Shown here one piece after another: positions 18,624 through 27,129 of a stretch of 64,000 bases of DNA. The DNA comes from an uncultured Hyphomonadaceae bacterium. GTDB lineage: Bacteria; Pseudomonadota; Alphaproteobacteria; Caulobacterales; Hyphomonadaceae. How positions within the stretch are numbered: position 1 is the stretch's first letter; each line of letters starts with the position of its first letter. Below the pieces are notes generated by a model. The model saw only the letters and a program-made list of their open reading frames with translations, did not search any database and had not been told where the DNA came from. Location of the stretch: the NCBI GenBank assembly GCA_964342355.1, contig CAYFFG010000004.1, positions 154,975 through 218,974 on the forward strand. Reading direction: 5' to 3'. The position numbers and the translations under genes are program-made.

Positions 18624-19499
18624 ATGCAGTCGATAAGTATTGGTGACCTTGAAGGCAAAAAGCGCTTCAAGGCGAAAACACGCATGGACGTGCAGCCGCA
18701 TGACAGCACCTATTGGCGGCGTAGCGCTCCCTCTGCTGAAGTTGAAGACATCTCACCACTGGCATGGTTTGCAGCTGTCATCCCGATTATCCTGATTGTC
18801 CTCGTCAAAATATTCGAAAACAGCACCAACACATTCGATTTTTTCGGCGCGAATAATTGGGATCTAAGCGTAGAAGCGCAAAACTTGGCGCATGACAAAA
18901 ACACGATCCTGGCCAACATTGCGCCTGCAATTTTGACCATATTGATGTGTCTTGCTCTTTATTTTCCTGCAGCAAGCGCCCTTAAGAGGGCCGGACGGCG
19001 TCATTGGGACGGCTTTTTGATCGCACCATTTGGTGTCCTGATTATCGGCGTCAGCTTTATTCTCTTTTACGACACCGCGATTTCCGCTTTATCCGCGTGG
19101 CTTGGAGGCAGCAAATCGCTTGGTATAGACTCTCCGTCCGACACAGGTGAAATTGATGCTTTGTGGCAGATCGCCTATTCCACTCAGGAAATCACCTTAT
19201 CATTTGCTTGCGCGATAGTTGTCGCATTCATGTTGGCTGGAACGGAAGGTCCCTTTCCTGCTCTCATCGTGGGCGCGCTTAGCCGCCTTCCATTCTACGC
19301 CACGATGATGTGGGAAGATTTCCGATATGGGGGCCTGCGCTTCCCAATGTCGGTTTTCAATTCTCTGTTTGAGCTTATTCTGTTAGCGTTGATTGGGCTT
19401 GTGGTTGCTGTTGTCGCATGGCGATCAAGGTCAATTCTTTTGGCCGTGCTGGTTGGCTTTTTGGGCGATTACTCGCTTTATTATTTCGGATTGATCTAA
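18624..19499 (+). CDS. Polytopic membrane protein, possible degenerate CPBP/Abi (type II CAAX protease) homolog
   Basis: Multiple TM helices. C-terminal LIGLVVAVVAWRSRSILLAVLV resembles the CPBP motif-4 region, but the catalytic EExxxR/H/HxxxN residues are absent. Confidence 0.6.
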   Translation: MQSISIGDLEGKKRFKAKTRMDVQPHDSTYWRRSAPSAEVEDISPLAWFAAVIPIILIVLVKIFENSTNTFDFFGANNWDLSVEAQNLAHDKNTILANIAPAILTILMCLALYFPAASALKRAGRRHWDGFLIAPFGVLIIGVSFILFYDTAISALSAWLGGSKSLGIDSPSDTGEIDALWQIAYSTQEITLSFACAIVVAFMLAGTEGPFPALIVGALSRLPFYATMMWEDFRYGGLRFPMSVFNSLFELILLALIGLVVAVVAWRSRSILLAVLVGFLGDYSLYYFGLI

Positions 19500-19505
19500 A
19501 AAATC

Positions 19506-19529
19506 GGCGACCGAACAAAACCGGTCGCC
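19506..19529. terminator. Hairpin between convergent genes
   Basis: GGCGACCG-AACAAAAC-CGGTCGCC. Confidence 0.65.
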
Positions 19530-19557
19530 ATTCAATTCGACATGGCGGTTTTCACGT

Positions 19558-20784
19558 TCAATCCAAATCACGCGCCAACCGGATACCAATCATTGGCGCA
19601 CGCTGAGAAACTGAGCCTCTAAACCGCGCAGCAAAACGTGCGCTTAACGTATTGTCCTGCCAGCTAGCGCCACGCACCACACGCATCGACCCATCGCCAC
19701 TTGTCCAGGCCGCGCCATCAGGATGCGCATAGACATAGTTATTGTGCCAAAGGTCTTCAGTCCATTCGCGCACATTGCCGATCATATCGACCAGACCAAA
19801 CGCGTTGGGCTGTGCAAATCCGACAGGCTGCGTGCGCTGATCCTGGCGCCGAATACAATATGCCGATCGGTCAAAATCTCCTTCCGGCAGAGCGGCTTTA
19901 GATCCCGCGCGAGCGCAATATTCCCACTCGGCTTCGCTCGGCAGACGGTAATGCTCGCCCGTCACACCACATAGCGCATCCACAAAGGCCCGCGCATCTT
20001 CCCAGGATACGTTTATGACAGGACGGTTGCCCCGCCCCCAACCTTCATCAAAAGGAGAATGATCCACGCGTCCCGGCGCAATCAGATCCCATTCTTCAAA
20101 GGTCAACGGATAAACACCGATCGCGAATGGCTCTAAAATATTGACCCAGTGATGTGGACCTTCATTTTCACGTCGTCCGATTTCAGAATCCGGTGACCCC
20201 ATTTTAAACCGACCTTCCGGGATAACCCGCATCACAGGACCGTTTTCAATATCGCGAAAGGCAGTTCCGGGAGCAGAGTTCACACCGATACGGATACCGG
20301 ACATGACTTTTTCCCCGCCCGGTAGCTCACCCATGGTTTCATCCCAGGCAGCGGCTTCTGTTGCGGATGCTTCTCCACTTTCCAGGCGCTTCTTGGCCGT
20401 GACAAGGTCTTTGACCCAGGTCAGACACTTGACCCACTGGCGATCGTTGGGATCGCCCTTCCATTGCTGAAGCTGTGCCGCTTGGGTGAGCGTGAATGCA
20501 AGCGGGATGGTACAGTTTTTAACCTGCGCCGGAACAAGTTTTTTGTTGTTACTAGCAAAATGCGCTTCAGTGCGCACCCATTCAGACGAAACTGAGAGCG
20601 GGCTCCACAAAACCACAACAGCCGCCGCTTCGGTGATTTCCCGTTCAATGGTTTCGTCCCAAGAGCTGGCCGGATTGATGCGATCGTCCCACCACACCGT
20701 AAATCCAGCCTGTTGAAAGAGCTCGACAAACTTGTTTGCGATCTCTTTTTCTTCACGCTTGTAGCTAATGAATATATCCGCCAT
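19558..20784 (-). CDS. TIR domain - FGE-sulfatase (SUMF1/EgtB-like) fusion
   Basis: N-terminal DIFISYKRE...VWWD...VVVLWSPLSVSSEWVRTEA (TIR_2). C-terminal FKMGSP, NEGPHH, PVINVSWEDA, RLPSEAEWEY, NAFGLVDMIGNVREW, RGASW. Confidence 0.92.
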   Translation of the reverse strand: MADIFISYKREEKEIANKFVELFQQAGFTVWWDDRINPASSWDETIEREITEAAAVVVLWSPLSVSSEWVRTEAHFASNNKKLVPAQVKNCTIPLAFTLTQAAQLQQWKGDPNDRQWVKCLTWVKDLVTAKKRLESGEASATEAAAWDETMGELPGGEKVMSGIRIGVNSAPGTAFRDIENGPVMRVIPEGRFKMGSPDSEIGRRENEGPHHWVNILEPFAIGVYPLTFEEWDLIAPGRVDHSPFDEGWGRGNRPVINVSWEDARAFVDALCGVTGEHYRLPSEAEWEYCARAGSKAALPEGDFDRSAYCIRRQDQRTQPVGFAQPNAFGLVDMIGNVREWTEDLWHNNYVYAHPDGAAWTSGDGSMRVVRGASWQDNTLSARFAARFRGSVSQRAPMIGIRLARDLD

Positions 20785-20861
20785 TCCGCGTCCCCTACGC
20801 TTGTCTGGTTAAGCAAAGTATAGACGTCACAACTTCAATTGTCTTCTAGATTTCTTTGGTT

Positions 20862-20876
20862 TTAACGGTATATTAA
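20862..20876. promoter_or_regulatory. CtrA box (TTAA-N7-TTAA)
   Basis: TTAA CGGTATA TTAA in the divergent promoter between TIR-FGE and the M48-like gene. Confidence 0.6.
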
Positions 20877-20908
20877 ACACAATGCTCAGCGACAGAGGGG
20901 ACGCCGTC

Positions 20909-21799
20909 GTGGATCGCAAGACATTCAAAGCCTGCATTCATCCAAAAGAGTTTCCGCGATTTATACTCGCGTGCTTTTTTGCCGTGCCTTTGGCGATCGC
21001 TGTGGTTCTGGCGTGCGTTTTCACCTTCGGGATTGTCGCGCTTTATATCGGCTTGATCGTCCTTTTTGTTTGGATCGGCTTTCGCACCCTTTATGCGGTG
21101 TTCGTCGGCAACGCAGTGTTGGTCAGCGAGCTCAATTATCCGCGGGTGAAGCGATTGCTCGACGAGGCGCGCGATACAATTGGCGTTAAAAAGAAAGTGC
21201 ACGTTTTCGTCTTTGATGAATCTTCTTTCAACGCCGCGTTCAGCTATATGTTCGGCCGTTATGCGATCTTTCTGAATTCCGCCCTGCTGGAGCAAGAAGC
21301 AAACGATAAAGAACTCCGCTGGATTATGGGACGGTTTATCGGCCGTATCCGCGCCAAAAAACGCCTTGGCATCTTTAACTGGGCCATTGAGATGACCGAG
21401 CGGATCTTGATCTTCAACTTTTTCTTGCTGCCCTATGAACGCGCCACTGTATATTCAGGCGACAGGATCGCACTGGCTGACATTAATGGCGATATCTCTA
21501 CTGCCGTTGAAGCCATGAACAAACTCTACACAGGCGCTAAGCTGGGCTACGCCATCAACCCGGCTGGAATCGTCGAACAACGCCGCCTGATTAAGGGATC
21601 GTTCTTTTCATTTCTGGCGCGCATCATGTCGCCTATGCCGCATATGACAGATCGGTATGTGGATCTTATCGCCTTTGCCCGTCGCGCCTACCCAGCTGAA
21701 TATGCGCGCTTTGTACAGTCCAACCCGTCATTCCCACCGCCAGATAACATGATGGGCATTGCTGACGAAGCGGCAAACGACGACATCAAGGCTGCTTAA
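20909..21799 (+). CDS. M48 (HtpX/Ste24p)-like membrane protein lacking zinc ligands
   Basis: M48 scaffold (YPRV, FNA, ELRWIMG, SGDR, KL) with HExxH replaced by RFIGR. GTG at 20909 follows GAGGGG (ORF track starts at 20882). Confidence 0.75.
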   Translation: MDRKTFKACIHPKEFPRFILACFFAVPLAIAVVLACVFTFGIVALYIGLIVLFVWIGFRTLYAVFVGNAVLVSELNYPRVKRLLDEARDTIGVKKKVHVFVFDESSFNAAFSYMFGRYAIFLNSALLEQEANDKELRWIMGRFIGRIRAKKRLGIFNWAIEMTERILIFNFFLLPYERATVYSGDRIALADINGDISTAVEAMNKLYTGAKLGYAINPAGIVEQRRLIKGSFFSFLARIMSPMPHMTDRYVDLIAFARRAYPAEYARFVQSNPSFPPPDNMMGIADEAANDDIKAA

Positions 21800-21809
21800 G
21801 GCCTTTTAT

Positions 21810-23237
21810 TCAAGCGTCCGGATGCCTGACAACTTTGCCGGGGTTCATGCGATTTTCAGGATCGAGCGCTTTTTTAACAGCGCGCAACATATCCAGCTCA
21901 ACGGCGCTGACCCGTTCTGCAAGTTCGTCACGTTTTTGCACGCCGATCCCATGCTCAGCAGAGATAGATCCATTCATGCCGCTCACAACATCATGCACGG
22001 CTTTGGTCAGCACAGGGCCAAATTCCTTGGCAAACGCAACTTCCTCTGCGCCCTCTGGCGGAGCGACATTGTAATGCATATTCCCATCGCCAACATGGCC
22101 AAATGAAATGATATTCGCCTCAGGTGCGATCGATTTGACCGCAGCATCCGCTGTCCTGATAAACTCTGGCAAAGCTGAAACCGGGACCGAAACATCATGT
22201 TTGACGGCGCGCCCAAAGGCTTTTTCAGCAAGCGGCACACTTTCACGGATTTTCCAAATGCCGGCAGCCTGAGCATCTGTTTCAGCTAATACTCCGTTCG
22301 TTATGAGATCCGCACTAAGCGCTTTTTCAAACATAGCTTCGATAACGTCACGCGCACCTTCTTTGCGACCAAACGAAATCTCCATCAGAATGCGCCAGGG
22401 CGCTGGCTCGTCAGGCAGCGGATCGTGGATGTCTGGTATGTATTCTTTGACGAGTTCGACCGCATAGCTCGGCACCAATTCAAACGAGGTCACCGCACCG
22501 CCCGTTTCCGCCTTGGCTAGCGCAAGCAACTCCACCGCCTGAGATGGTGATTGCACGGACAGCCAGGAGACCGCCTTTAGCGCAGGCTTGGCAAACAGTT
22601 TGAGCGTGGCCCCAGTGATGACGCCAAGCGTGCCCTCAGCGCCGATGAATAACTGTTTGAGATCATAAGCCGTATTGTCTTTGCGTAGCCCCGTCAGTCC
22701 GTCCCAGATGCGCCCGTCAGCTGTGACAATTTCAAGCCCCAGCACCAGGTCACGCATCATCCCATACCGCAGCACCGCCACGCCGCCTGCATTTGTTGAG
22801 ATCAGGCCGCCAATCTGAGCCACACCTTCAGCGGCAAGAGATAGCGGAAATAACCGTTCCACCTCATCAGCGGCGTCCTGCACCTCTGTGAGGATGACCC
22901 CTGCATCAACAGTGATTGAATCATTGAGCACATCAATCGCGCGGATGTTTTTCATACGGGATAAAGACAGCAAAACGTCGCCATTAGGCAGTCCGCCAAG
23001 CACAAGTCCTGAATTACCGCCCTGAGGCGTCACAGACACTTTGTGTTCAGCACACAATGCCATGAAATCAGCCACTTCCTGTGTCGACGCAGGACGCGCC
23101 ACAAAAGGCGCATGCCCTTTCTCGCGGCCGCGCCAGTCCTCCAGAAAAGGCGCCATGTCTTCCGGTGTGTCGAGAAAGCCTTTTTCTCCCAGAAGAGATT
23201 TTGCTGATGACAAGAAAGCTTTGCTGGGTTGAGCCAT
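21810..23237 (-). CDS. FAD-binding oxidoreductase (D-2-hydroxyacid dehydrogenase, GlcD/D2HGDH family)
   Basis: PQGGNSGL, IGGLISTNAGG, LRKDNTAYDL, HDVSVP, FGHVGDGNMH, SAEHGIG. Confidence 0.93.
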   Translation of the reverse strand: MAQPSKAFLSSAKSLLGEKGFLDTPEDMAPFLEDWRGREKGHAPFVARPASTQEVADFMALCAEHKVSVTPQGGNSGLVLGGLPNGDVLLSLSRMKNIRAIDVLNDSITVDAGVILTEVQDAADEVERLFPLSLAAEGVAQIGGLISTNAGGVAVLRYGMMRDLVLGLEIVTADGRIWDGLTGLRKDNTAYDLKQLFIGAEGTLGVITGATLKLFAKPALKAVSWLSVQSPSQAVELLALAKAETGGAVTSFELVPSYAVELVKEYIPDIHDPLPDEPAPWRILMEISFGRKEGARDVIEAMFEKALSADLITNGVLAETDAQAAGIWKIRESVPLAEKAFGRAVKHDVSVPVSALPEFIRTADAAVKSIAPEANIISFGHVGDGNMHYNVAPPEGAEEVAFAKEFGPVLTKAVHDVVSGMNGSISAEHGIGVQKRDELAERVSAVELDMLRAVKKALDPENRMNPGKVVRHPDA

Positions 23238-23432
23238 ATCAAGTGTCCAAAAATTCAACCTTTGTCCCATCAATATTGAGTAGTGCCTGAAATAAGAAGC
23301 TTCTGCAAAACATTCGCGCTCCCCGAATAGGAAGCGGTATCAAATACACATAATCGCGATGGTATCACTTGCTTTCAGTGGTAAGCAGATAGATGTTGAG
23401 CGCGCTCATCGCCTGTCAGGAGTTGTCGAAAA

Positions 23433-23804
23433 TTGCGTATTTTGATCAGCCTCGTTTTGACTGTCGCCACCTCCGCATTGGCGCTGAGCGCGCAGGCGCA
23501 ATCTGACCGTCTGGTGTCTCAAAAGCGCGACCTTGCAGGCATACTTGGCGAAGTTCATTACATCCGAACAATTTGCAATGGGAAATCTGACCAATACTGG
23601 CGTGAATACATGCGCGATTTCTTAGAGCTAGAAGGCGATATTGCTGAGAACCGCTCTCTTTACATCAAGGCGTTCAACCGCGGTTACACATACCAATCAA
23701 ACCAAATCCGGTACTGTGATCGCTCAGCCGCTCAACTTGAAGTTAATCTTGCTAATAAAGGTCGCAAACTCGCCGAAGCGATCGCTCAAAATTATCTTCA
23801 TTAG
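23433..23804 (+). CDS. TIGR02301-family exported protein
   Basis: Signal peptide; LAGILGEVHYIRTIC, WREYM..LLELE pattern (here WREYMRDFLELE), AFNRGY. Confidence 0.85.
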   Translation: MRILISLVLTVATSALALSAQAQSDRLVSQKRDLAGILGEVHYIRTICNGKSDQYWREYMRDFLELEGDIAENRSLYIKAFNRGYTYQSNQIRYCDRSAAQLEVNLANKGRKLAEAIAQNYLH

Positions 23805-23990
23805 AAAAACCCTCCATATGAGGGGATGTTCCATCACTATTAGATGTTATTGTCTGACGAAATGGTTATTTCGACAAGATCTCCTGTATGTATCGGCCTG
23901 TTGAGAATCAATTTGCTATGTTAATTTTCAACTCAAGATAAAGAGACTCACGTCTCGACACAGAAAATAATAGGGTACTGGAATTTCAGT

Positions 23991-25883
23991 TTGTTGAACC
24001 AATCTGAACATCGCAGTGAAGCAATCACTCCCCCAACACAAGGGCGAGTGTCCAGTATTAAAGCCGCTTTTGAGATTGTACGCGCCACTATTTTCGGCGG
24101 CCTGCCACAGCTGATCTTGAAAGAACTTTCACCTTCCCAAGAAAACGAAATTGAAGATCAGAAAATCCGTGCATTGTCTGCTCGGTATTTTGTTGTTTAT
24201 GTATTTTTTATTCTGACAATTGGGGTCACTCTGGCCACTATGCTGCCAGACACAGATAAACGCATGATTCCACTGGCGCTTATCTGGATAGCAAGCTGTA
24301 TCCCTGCGTTTCACATCATGCACAAGCGCACGCGTGATACCTTCCCCGCATTTGTCGTTATTTTGATTAGTCTAGTGTTTTTCGGGACTGTGATTATCGC
24401 GAACACGGGGCGATTTCCGCCCGGATTGATCATATTGCCGCCCATTTCCCTTTACTCATTCGTCATGTTCACCGGGAAACGCCAAGCTGTTGTCATTGTT
24501 GGCACTTTCATTCTTGCCGCGATGGCGTTGATATTTTCCACCCAGCCACAAGTGCCATTCGCGTCAAATTTGGCGCCCGCATCTGGAAAAACCATCGCGG
24601 TTTTCATCGGCATTTCAATGATGCTGTTCGCAATGCTGATCCGGCTTATTCGCGTGCAGCAGAAGGTGGTGACGTCCTTCTTAAAAAGCCAGAATGCGCA
24701 ATTGGTCAGCCTGTCTAATGCGCGCAATGATTTCATCGCCAATGTCAGTCACGAACTACGTACGCCCATGAACGCCATTTTAGGCGCAGTAGATGTTTTA
24801 GAGCGCAGCGAAGACGCGACCTTAAAATCTGAAATGTTGAATATCACGCGCGACGCTGCTCGCGGCCTGCTCGCGCAGTTAGAAGACGTTCTGGATCTGG
24901 CTAAACTGGAAGCGAACACACTTGTTCTGTCACCATCGCCCACAAATGTTCAGCTGTTCATACGTCGCACAATAGCCCTGTGGGAAAACCAACTGATCGA
25001 CAAACGATTAAAGTGTGATCTGGATTTGCCAAGCGAGACAAATGAAAATCTCGAGCTTGATCAGGTGCGAGTTCAACAGATTTTGTCCACGCTAATCGCA
25101 AATGCGATCAAACACACGCACATCGGCGGCATAACGATTGCCGTCAGGCGAACAGAAGATGTCATTAACAGCAACTATGTTAAGCTTGAAATCACCGTCT
25201 CAGACACAGGCGATGGCGTTGCATGGCGTGATCGTGACCAGTTGTTTCAGCCTATGGCGTCAGTGTCCGGTTCAAAGCAAGTTCAGCATTCCGGGTTAGG
25301 CTTGTCGCTTGGCAGACGGCTCGCACGCGCCATGAAGGGGGATTTGAGGCTCTTGGACAGGACGCCGGGCGCCCATTTCCAGCTCACTTTGCTTGCTAAA
25401 AAATCGACTCAAACACTTGGCGTCTCACAAGCTATCACACCACAAAATCAAGAAAATCTGGGCGCGTTGCAGACATCTGACGGTGCGCCTAAAAAGGCGC
25501 ACAAGCGGATCCTTTGTGTCGACGATCATCCGGCAAACCTGAGGATTGTATCGTTACTTTTGGGAGAATTGGATTTTGACCTGGATGTCGCCATGTCCGG
25601 TAAAGAAGCGATTGAATTATGCAATTCGCGCCCACCATATGACGCCATTCTGATGGATATTATGATGCCTGAAATGAACGGTATCGAGACCACGCGCCAT
25701 ATTCAAAATCTGCAATCTCCAAACGCGCATGTGCCAATCATCGCGCTGACAGCAAATGTGAATCCGGAACAGGTGTCATCCTATCTGACAGCTGGCATGC
25801 AAGGCGTTGTCGCCAAGCCGATTGAATCACGTTTGTTGATTGTCGAAATTGAGCGCGCACTGCGCCTGCAACGTGCCAGCTAA
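23991..25883 (+). CDS. Membrane-bound hybrid sensor histidine kinase/receiver
   Basis: Multi-TM N-terminus; SHELRTPMNAI, NAIKHT, DTGDG, SGLGLS; receiver VDD...MDIMMP...KP. Confidence 0.93.
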   Translation: MLNQSEHRSEAITPPTQGRVSSIKAAFEIVRATIFGGLPQLILKELSPSQENEIEDQKIRALSARYFVVYVFFILTIGVTLATMLPDTDKRMIPLALIWIASCIPAFHIMHKRTRDTFPAFVVILISLVFFGTVIIANTGRFPPGLIILPPISLYSFVMFTGKRQAVVIVGTFILAAMALIFSTQPQVPFASNLAPASGKTIAVFIGISMMLFAMLIRLIRVQQKVVTSFLKSQNAQLVSLSNARNDFIANVSHELRTPMNAILGAVDVLERSEDATLKSEMLNITRDAARGLLAQLEDVLDLAKLEANTLVLSPSPTNVQLFIRRTIALWENQLIDKRLKCDLDLPSETNENLELDQVRVQQILSTLIANAIKHTHIGGITIAVRRTEDVINSNYVKLEITVSDTGDGVAWRDRDQLFQPMASVSGSKQVQHSGLGLSLGRRLARAMKGDLRLLDRTPGAHFQLTLLAKKSTQTLGVSQAITPQNQENLGALQTSDGAPKKAHKRILCVDDHPANLRIVSLLLGELDFDLDVAMSGKEAIELCNSRPPYDAILMDIMMPEMNGIETTRHIQNLQSPNAHVPIIALTANVNPEQVSSYLTAGMQGVVAKPIESRLLIVEIERALRLQRAS

Positions 25884-25900
25884 TCAATCGTTGTGATCTA

Positions 25901-26117
25901 TTCCCGCCCCACAAAACTCACAAGTTTTGTAGCGACCGGACAGTCACAGGTTCAAAAACCATCCGGCCGCCACACGGAAAGCGAAATCGCTCCGAGCGGG
26001 GGTAATCAAGGGGCTGGTTGTTATCAGACTTCACCGAGTGGGAGGAGAATTATGTCCACGAGGACAGCCTGATAACATTCGCTTTCCTTATGTGTTCAAA
26101 CGCACAGAGTTTGCGTT
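25901..26117. ncRNA. Unclassified structured RNA-like element (strand undetermined)
   Basis: Perfect 10-bp (25976-85/26078-87) and 9-bp (26019-27/26069-77) long-range helices plus several local hairpins in a convergent intergenic gap. Confidence 0.5.
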
Positions 26118-26131
26118 TCCGTCGCAGAAAA

Positions 26132-26995
26132 TCAGATTTCTTCAGAATTTTTTTCCGACACCTTTTCCGCGGTGTTTTCCACGGTGTCTGTTTCTGGTTT
26201 GGAACGCTTCAAAGTTGCTCCGCACCGACGACAAAAAATCGCGTCTGGGTCATGCCGTGTCAGGGAACAAGACTGGCACTCCATTTTTATCTTTTCATCG
26301 CCCGAGACGATCGACTGCAACATGCGGACAAACAGCGTCAGCCCCAAGAGCATGATGATGATCGCAAGCACACGCCCGCCCTGCCCCTGCATTAAGATAT
26401 CGCCATAGCCTGTCGTGGTGAGACTGGTCACAGTGAAATATAGCGCATCCAGTTGTGTCTTGATTTGAGTGTCAGGCTCATTGACCTGATTGACGTAAAC
26501 CAACGCCGACATAATGAACAAAAACACGACGAAATTCGTCACCCGGTCGATCACCATACGGTGTCGGGCTAAAAAACCAGAAATTTCCTCTGCGCGCGCC
26601 AGAAATGTGAAGGCCCGCACAATTCGAATGATACGCAACACCCTTAAGAAAATGAGATTCTCAAAGAAGAACGGCGCCACAAGCGTCAATACGACAAGCA
26701 CGTCCGCGATATTGTGGAGCTTGCGAAAAAACAGCAGTTTCTTGGGCGCAATATAAAGGCGCGCCGCAAAATCAATTGCGATATAACACGCGATAAAGAT
26801 GTCGATAGGCACCGCCCAAGAATGGCGCAGCGTGTGTTGCCAGGAGTGAAACGGCTCCCAAAGAAAAAAGGCGATCGACACAAAGTCGAGCACCAATAGC
26901 GACCAACGGAACAGAAACGGCGCTTTTCCTTCGCCTTCATAAAGCCAGCGCAAAATATGCTTTACGCCGATTTTCCTGATTTTTCCGTCACCCAT
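26132..26995 (-). CDS. Potassium channel / ion transport protein with C-terminal zinc ribbon
   Basis: Selectivity filter TTTGYGD, S4-like LRVLRIIRIVR, CQSC...CRRC. Confidence 0.92.
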   Translation of the reverse strand: MGDGKIRKIGVKHILRWLYEGEGKAPFLFRWSLLVLDFVSIAFFLWEPFHSWQHTLRHSWAVPIDIFIACYIAIDFAARLYIAPKKLLFFRKLHNIADVLVVLTLVAPFFFENLIFLRVLRIIRIVRAFTFLARAEEISGFLARHRMVIDRVTNFVVFLFIMSALVYVNQVNEPDTQIKTQLDALYFTVTSLTTTGYGDILMQGQGGRVLAIIIMLLGLTLFVRMLQSIVSGDEKIKMECQSCSLTRHDPDAIFCRRCGATLKRSKPETDTVENTAEKVSEKNSEEI

Positions 26996-27129
26996 TATTA
27001 CCTCAACTTACACCAATCATCTCACAAATAAGCAGATTTTGCGATTTTGTGGACTCATCCAATGGCCGCACGCCCGCGCACAGAAGATTGAGATGGCGAA
27101 ATGCGGCAGGACATATTATCTAGCTCTTT

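Noticed and set aside
19558-19700. DGR variable region in the FGE/C-lectin C-terminus
   Set aside because: No reverse transcriptase and no adenine-variant template repeat seen in the window
25932-25972. tRNA/tmRNA remnant (GGTTCAAA...GCCA)
   Set aside because: T-stem does not pair, no matching acceptor 5' strand at tRNA distance, no D or anticodon arms
26060-26090. Hammerhead ribozyme core
   Set aside because: CTGATAA lacks the invariant G8 of CUGANGA and the stems are not arranged around a GAAA core
26018-26395. Plus-strand ORFs over the structured element and K+ channel end
   Set aside because: Overlap the channel antisense, no protein features; only the 6-codon micro-ORF has an SD
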